Shown here in pieces: positions 59,957 through 64,000 of a stretch of 64,000 nt of DNA. The translations under genes were made by a program, and so were the position numbers. The notes beneath the pieces were generated by a model that saw only the letters and a program-made list of their open reading frames with translations, was not told the origin of the DNA and searched no databases. The stretch spans positions 1,079 to 65,078 of the forward strand of contig CAJXJZ010000005.1 of NCBI GenBank assembly GCA_913055745.1, in the 5' to 3' direction. Numbering within the stretch: the first letter of the stretch is position 1; the number at the start of each line of letters is the position of its first letter. The DNA is from an uncultured bacterium (GTDB lineage Bacteria > Hydrothermota > Hydrothermia > UBA1063 > CAJXJZ01).

Positions 59957-61313
59957 GCGGAGATTCAAAAGGCTTTTTAAACCCAAAATTTAGGGCGTAT
60001 ATGGCATTAGGACCCAGAACCCCTATCTCTGCCCTTAGTGAAAATCCAAAGGAACGACTTAAGTATTTTATATGTTCACCTGCATTGCCAAGTGCATAAA
60101 ACAATGCAACTTGAGGTCCAAGAAGTTTTTTGTAGGAAGGGCCGAATAGCCTTATCTCCCCATAAATCAACGCCATTTCCCTACCATTAAAATAGTGTGG
60201 AGGATATGCATAGAGACCATTGTCAGCACCAAGTGAAAAAACAGAAATATTCTCGTAGGATAACACAGTTTCAACCTTGTGGATAATACCAAAATCTGTA
60301 TATCCGAATACTGTAAATCTCCACGGCAATCTAAGATAGATTTTATTTTTTAATCTTGCATAACCCGACCCTCTTGAAATAGAATAAATAAGAGAGCCAT
60401 CAAAGTAAACCGAAGGCATCCCTTCTTTCAAATTGAGGTATAAAGATAATCTTTCCACACCCCGCAAAAGTGGGTATAACTCAAAACGCGCTACTGTGCC
60501 CTTTGTGAGATAATCATTATAAAGAGAACTTCGCATGAGTCTTGTTTTCAATGACCTTAACCTTACATAGTAAATGCCTGCACCTATACGAGTGAAAACA
60601 GTATCCCTTGTCTTGAGATACTCTGTTGCTATATAGGGCAAGAAGGTATATTTTTTCTTAACAGGTTTTCCCATTTTCAAAGAAAAAAGTGAAAAATCAA
60701 TTTTATTTGTATCAATGATATAGCCTTTTTGATAGAGGAACTCATCTTTTTTCTCCTTTATATAGAGGGCATTTATGTATTTTTTTATAAGTGGTGTACT
60801 AAATGGATTGAGCATGAGCATGTCTTTTTTTAAGTTTTCACCCCTTTCAAAGGACGCCGTAAAATCAGTGCTTTTTAATGGAAGACCTGGTATTGATAGG
60901 CCTCCCTGAAGATAATCCCTATCGTATTTTTTAAAATAGTAAACATGCACCTTTGATAGTGTTCCAAGAAAGTTATCATCCTCAAACCCAACTCCTATAT
61001 TTTTTAATGTATCATAAAACTTGTAATCAAAAAAAAGGCTCTGAGTAAATGCATCATGAAGATTGAGAAAAACAGTGTCCTTCCTCCTTTGGGTTTTTAC
61101 TTCCCTGAATATTCCAAGGCTCCTAAGCCTTCTTTTAGTCTCCTCAATATTAAGTGAATCACTACCTCCACTTAAAATGAGCCTTTTTGCAAAGAAGGAG
61201 TTTGTTTTCACATGAAATATGTTTAAATAGGTTAATGGGTATTCGTTCTTTTCAAATACATTTTGCGTGTTTATTTGCCACACTAAGGATATTAAAAACA
61301 GTACAACCCTCAT
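59922..61313 (-). CDS. Putative outer-membrane protein (Omp85/BamA-like?), hypothetical
   Basis: Signal peptide. POTRA-like N-terminal segment and a long region with beta-strand periodicity. ATGA overlap with the upstream GT-C gene. Confidence 0.4.
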   Translation of the reverse strand: MRVVLFLISLVWQINTQNVFEKNEYPLTYLNIFHVKTNSFFAKRLILSGGSDSLNIEETKRRLRSLGIFREVKTQRRKDTVFLNLHDAFTQSLFFDYKFYDTLKNIGVGFEDDNFLGTLSKVHVYYFKKYDRDYLQGGLSIPGLPLKSTDFTASFERGENLKKDMLMLNPFSTPLIKKYINALYIKEKKDEFLYQKGYIIDTNKIDFSLFSLKMGKPVKKKYTFLPYIATEYLKTRDTVFTRIGAGIYYVRLRSLKTRLMRSSLYNDYLTKGTVARFELYPLLRGVERLSLYLNLKEGMPSVYFDGSLIYSISRGSGYARLKNKIYLRLPWRFTVFGYTDFGIIHKVETVLSYENISVFSLGADNGLYAYPPHYFNGREMALIYGEIRLFGPSYKKLLGPQVALFYALGNAGEHIKYLSRSFGFSLRAEIGVLGPNAIYALNFGFKKPFESPLISFGTTLDFQ

Positions 61314-62434
61314 TTAAACCTTACCTTGTAAACTGAAATATTATCCCTTTTATAAAGCGTTGAATCAACATAAAAATGAGACATCACATCCTTATATCCA
61401 ATACCTACAAAAATAAAATCTTCATGAGGATAAGTTTTTTTCCACAAATCAAACTGGTTATGCCTTGATTTTATGTTTAATGAGGGAACATACCTCTTAA
61501 GATAATAGGATAAAAGGCTTGCATGTTGGTATGTATTGGCAAAAACAGGTAGTTTTGCATCTTTGAGCCTGCGAGCAATATCCTTCATTGCAATCTCTTT
61601 CTTAAAAACCCTATACTTAATCTGAGGAATAAGTAGAATGGGCTTGAGTGGAAGGGAGAGGAGAAAGTACATACAGATAATGTGTCCCCTGTATTTAAAA
61701 CCCTCAATAAATCTATACCCTGCATATAATAGAGGAGGGTAAAAAAGAATGGGCCAGTTCGCCTCTATACGGGAAAAGAAAGAAAAAAACAGGAAAAACA
61801 GAAAAAATACCCATCCTGTTAGGAGAGTGATTTTATTTTTATCCCATTTGCGTTTTAAAAGGCCAAACATTCCATAGATGGATAAAGGAATACCTGATGC
61901 AATGAGTATGTCAACAAGGTACTTTATAAAATACCTCGGCCTTATGTTAAAACCACCAGTGCCATGTGCAAACTGATACTTAAAAGATACAAAACCGTGC
62001 AATATATTGAATATTATGACAGGCAAAAATATGATGAAGGGGACCAATATGAAAAAAAGGATGAACCTCTTTATGTCTCTTCGTTTTATGTCAAAAAATA
62101 GTGCAGGGTAGAGCAAAAAGGCCATGTATTTGGATAAAAGGGCAAGACCAAGGAGAATACCCCCTATTAAATCCGGACTTCGTTTTTTTATGTAATAATA
62201 CAGAAACAGCGATGAAAATAACAAAAAAGGCACATCTGGCGTCATAAAGAACAAAACTATCTGAAGTATGGGTGATGCCCAAAAAATAGCATAGAGAATA
62301 CCAGCACTTTTATCTTCTAAGGCACGAACAAATAAAAAAGGGACTAATAGAGATACAATGAGTGGGAAAAACCGTATTCCAAGTACTCCATCGCCCAAGA
62401 TACTCCTTGAAAAGGCAAGCATATAGGCGACCAT
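61310..62434 (-). CDS. ArnT/PMT-family (GT-C, GT83/GT39-like) membrane glycosyltransferase. The true N-terminus probably extends upstream to about 62590 with a non-ATG start.
   Basis: Multi-TM protein. The conserved N-terminal GT-C block ...IPITADEAYYFLWSKHLAFSYFDHPPMVAYM... is encoded in frame upstream of the first ATG, with no intervening stop until 62606. Confidence 0.7.
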   Translation of the reverse strand: MVAYMLAFSRSILGDGVLGIRFFPLIVSLLVPFLFVRALEDKSAGILYAIFWASPILQIVLFFMTPDVPFLLFSSLFLYYYIKKRSPDLIGGILLGLALLSKYMAFLLYPALFFDIKRRDIKRFILFFILVPFIIFLPVIIFNILHGFVSFKYQFAHGTGGFNIRPRYFIKYLVDILIASGIPLSIYGMFGLLKRKWDKNKITLLTGWVFFLFFLFFSFFSRIEANWPILFYPPLLYAGYRFIEGFKYRGHIICMYFLLSLPLKPILLIPQIKYRVFKKEIAMKDIARRLKDAKLPVFANTYQHASLLSYYLKRYVPSLNIKSRHNQFDLWKKTYPHEDFIFVGIGYKDVMSHFYVDSTLYKRDNISVYKVRFK

Positions 62435-62570
62435 GGGTGGGTGGTCAAAGTAAGAAAATGCAAGGTGTTTTGACCAGAGAAAATAATATGCCTCATCTGC
62501 TGTTATGGGGATTAAAAAACTTAGAATAAAGTTAAATAGAAAAAGCAGAAATATAAGTAGGTAAAAACTC

Positions 62571-64000
62571 CTACCGCGTGCTTTCGTAATTTGGTGCTTC
62601 CTTTGTTATAATGATGTCATGAGGGTGCCCCTCCCTTGCTGCACTCTGGGTAATCTCAACAAAAACCGCTTTTTCTCTTAGTTCTTTTAAGTCCTTTGCA
62701 CCGATATACCCCATACCAGACCGCAGTCCACCAACAAGTTGAAAAAGAACCTCAGATACAGGTCCCCTATAGGGAACCATACCCTCAACACCCTCTGGTA
62801 CAAACTTTGTACTTCCCTCCTGAAAATACCGGGCGCCACCTGTCTCTGTAAGTGCACCCAAAGACCCCATACCTCTATAGGTCTTATACCTTCTTCCTTC
62901 AAGAATGACAGTATCACCAGGGCTCTCATCAGTACCTGCAAGAAGACCACCAAGCATAACAGTATCGGCACCAGCGGCTAATGCTTTTACTATATCTCCA
63001 GAATACCTGATACCACCATCTCCTATAATAGGTACATCTTTGTTCTTACGCACTTCATACACATCCATAATTGCAGAAAGCTGAGGCACACCAACACCAG
63101 CAACCACACGGGTAGTGCATATACTCCCAGGTCCCACACCCACTTTAACACCATCTGCCCCTGCCTCTACAAGATCAAGATATGCATCAGGAGTTGCTAT
63201 GTTTCCGGCAATCACCTCACTTTCTGGGAAATGCTTTTTAATCCATTTAACCATATTAATAACGCTTTCAGAATGTCCATGAGCAGTATCAACCACAATA
63301 ACATCAACACCCGCGTCCAAGAGTAGTTTTACAGTTTCTTTATCCTTTTCACTGGTGCCCACCGCAGCACCTGTCATAAGTCTTCCATATCTATCCAGAG
63401 TGGCAAAGGGATATTCTCTTTTCTTTTGAAGGTCTTTCAGAGTAACTAACTTCTTTAATACCCCATTTTTATCAACAAGAGGCAATTTTTCAAGTTTATG
63501 CTTTTTCAATATTTCAAATGCCTGCTCTTTATCTATATCCTCCCCCGCATATATAACATCACGCGTCATAACTTCTTTAACAGGAGTGTCTCTATTATCT
63601 ACAAAGAGAAGGTCCTTTTTCGTGAGCATACCTATGAGATGACCCTTTTCATCCACAACAGGGAGGCCAGAGATTCCCTCCTTCTTCATAATATCATGCG
63701 CCTTTTTTATGGTATCTTCAGGATGGATTACAACAGGCTCCTCAATTATCCAACTCTCAGAGCGCTTTACCTTTTTTACCATTTTAACCTGCCTTTCTGG
63801 GGTCATATTTCTGTGGATTATGCCTATTCCACCGTTTTTTGCCATGCTTATAGCCATTTCCGCCTCTGTTACAGTATCCATAGCCGCAGACACAATGGGG
63901 ATGTTGAGTTTTATATTACGAGTGAGGAATGTATTGCAATTTGTATCTTTCGGTAAAACAGAACTTTTTTGTGGGACAAGTAAGAGGTCATCAAAGGTAT
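62571..64000 (-). CDS. guaB: Inosine-5'-monophosphate dehydrogenase. The 5' end runs off the window.
   Basis: Catalytic loop [16 protein letters not shown], tandem CBS domains, and the N-terminal [17 protein letters not shown]...[21 protein letters not shown] block, which continues in frame to position 64000. Confidence 0.9.
   Translation of the reverse strand, partial: TFDDLLLVPQKSSVLPKDTNCNTFLTRNIKLNIPIVSAAMDTVTEAEMAISMAKNGGIGIIHRNMTPERQVKMVKKVKRSESWIIEEPVVIHPEDTIKKAHDIMKKEGISGLPVVDEKGHLIGMLTKKDLLFVDNRDTPVKEVMTRDVIYAGEDIDKEQAFEILKKHKLEKLPLVDKNGVLKKLVTLKDLQKKREYPFATLDRYGRLMTGAAVGTSEKDKETVKLLLDAGVDVIVVDTAHGHSESVINMVKWIKKHFPESEVIAGNIATPDAYLDLVEAGADGVKVGVGPGSICTTRVVAGVGVPQLSAIMDVYEVRKNKDVPIIGDGGIRYSGDIVKALAAGADTVMLGGLLAGTDESPGDTVILEGRRYKTYRGMGSLGALTETGGARYFQEGSTKFVPEGVEGMVPYRGPVSEVLFQLVGGLRSGMGYIGAKDLKELREKAVFVEITQSAAREGHPHDIIITKEAPNYESTR

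Overview
This 64 kb window is a chromosomal segment from an AT-rich bacterium, about 35-40% GC by eye in protein-coding DNA. Genes are tightly packed and often overlap by 1-10 nt, with perfect TTGACA/TATAAT-type promoters and AGGAGG ribosome-binding sites. Housekeeping genes dominate: thrS-infC-rpmI followed by ddl, prfB, guaB (5'-partial at the window end), rpmF, three tRNAs (Thr-CGT, Met/Ile-CAT, Lys-CTT), and a complete 16S rRNA on the minus strand. The 16S rRNA is very GC-rich (~60%) and has no ITS tRNAs or 23S following it.

Three things suggest the lineage and lifestyle. First, three secreted proteins (two S8 subtilases and one hypothetical) end in Por/type IX secretion C-terminal sorting domains, and there is an 1857-aa outer-membrane beta-barrel protein (21318-26891) that I interpret as a SprA/Sov-like translocon candidate. 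Second, the window encodes an archaeal-type bifunctional fructose-1,6-bisphosphate aldolase/phosphatase. Third, the high-GC rRNA sits in a low-GC genome. Together these point to a thermophilic member of a lineage that uses type IX-like secretion (FCB-like). This is inference, not proof.

Other content:
- A six-gene xanthine-dehydrogenase-family operon carrying two FAD/FeS/Moco subunit sets, one of which has a MocA-like cytidylyltransferase fused to the catalytic subunit.
- An rpmF-pilT-roadblock/LC7 (MglB-like) operon.
- A low-GC island with an MvaI/BcnI-like restriction endonuclease plus SPPY-motif DNA methyltransferase, inserted exactly where the 16S-23S spacer would normally lie.
- A two-component sensor kinase with a sigma-54 (NtrC-type) regulator.
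- Envelope glycosylation genes: two GT2 Dpm1-like, a GT9 heptosyltransferase, an ArnT/PMT-like GT-C, and a DegT aminotransferase.
- Two Omp85-family proteins.
- An operon (16698-19643) encoding lipoproteins and a FecR-domain protein with a Trp-rich tandem repeat and a polybasic repeat tail. This is the most unusual, unexplained gene set in the window.

No CRISPR, integrase or transposase was seen.

All calls rest on reading the translated ORFs and the DNA by eye. No database searches were run.
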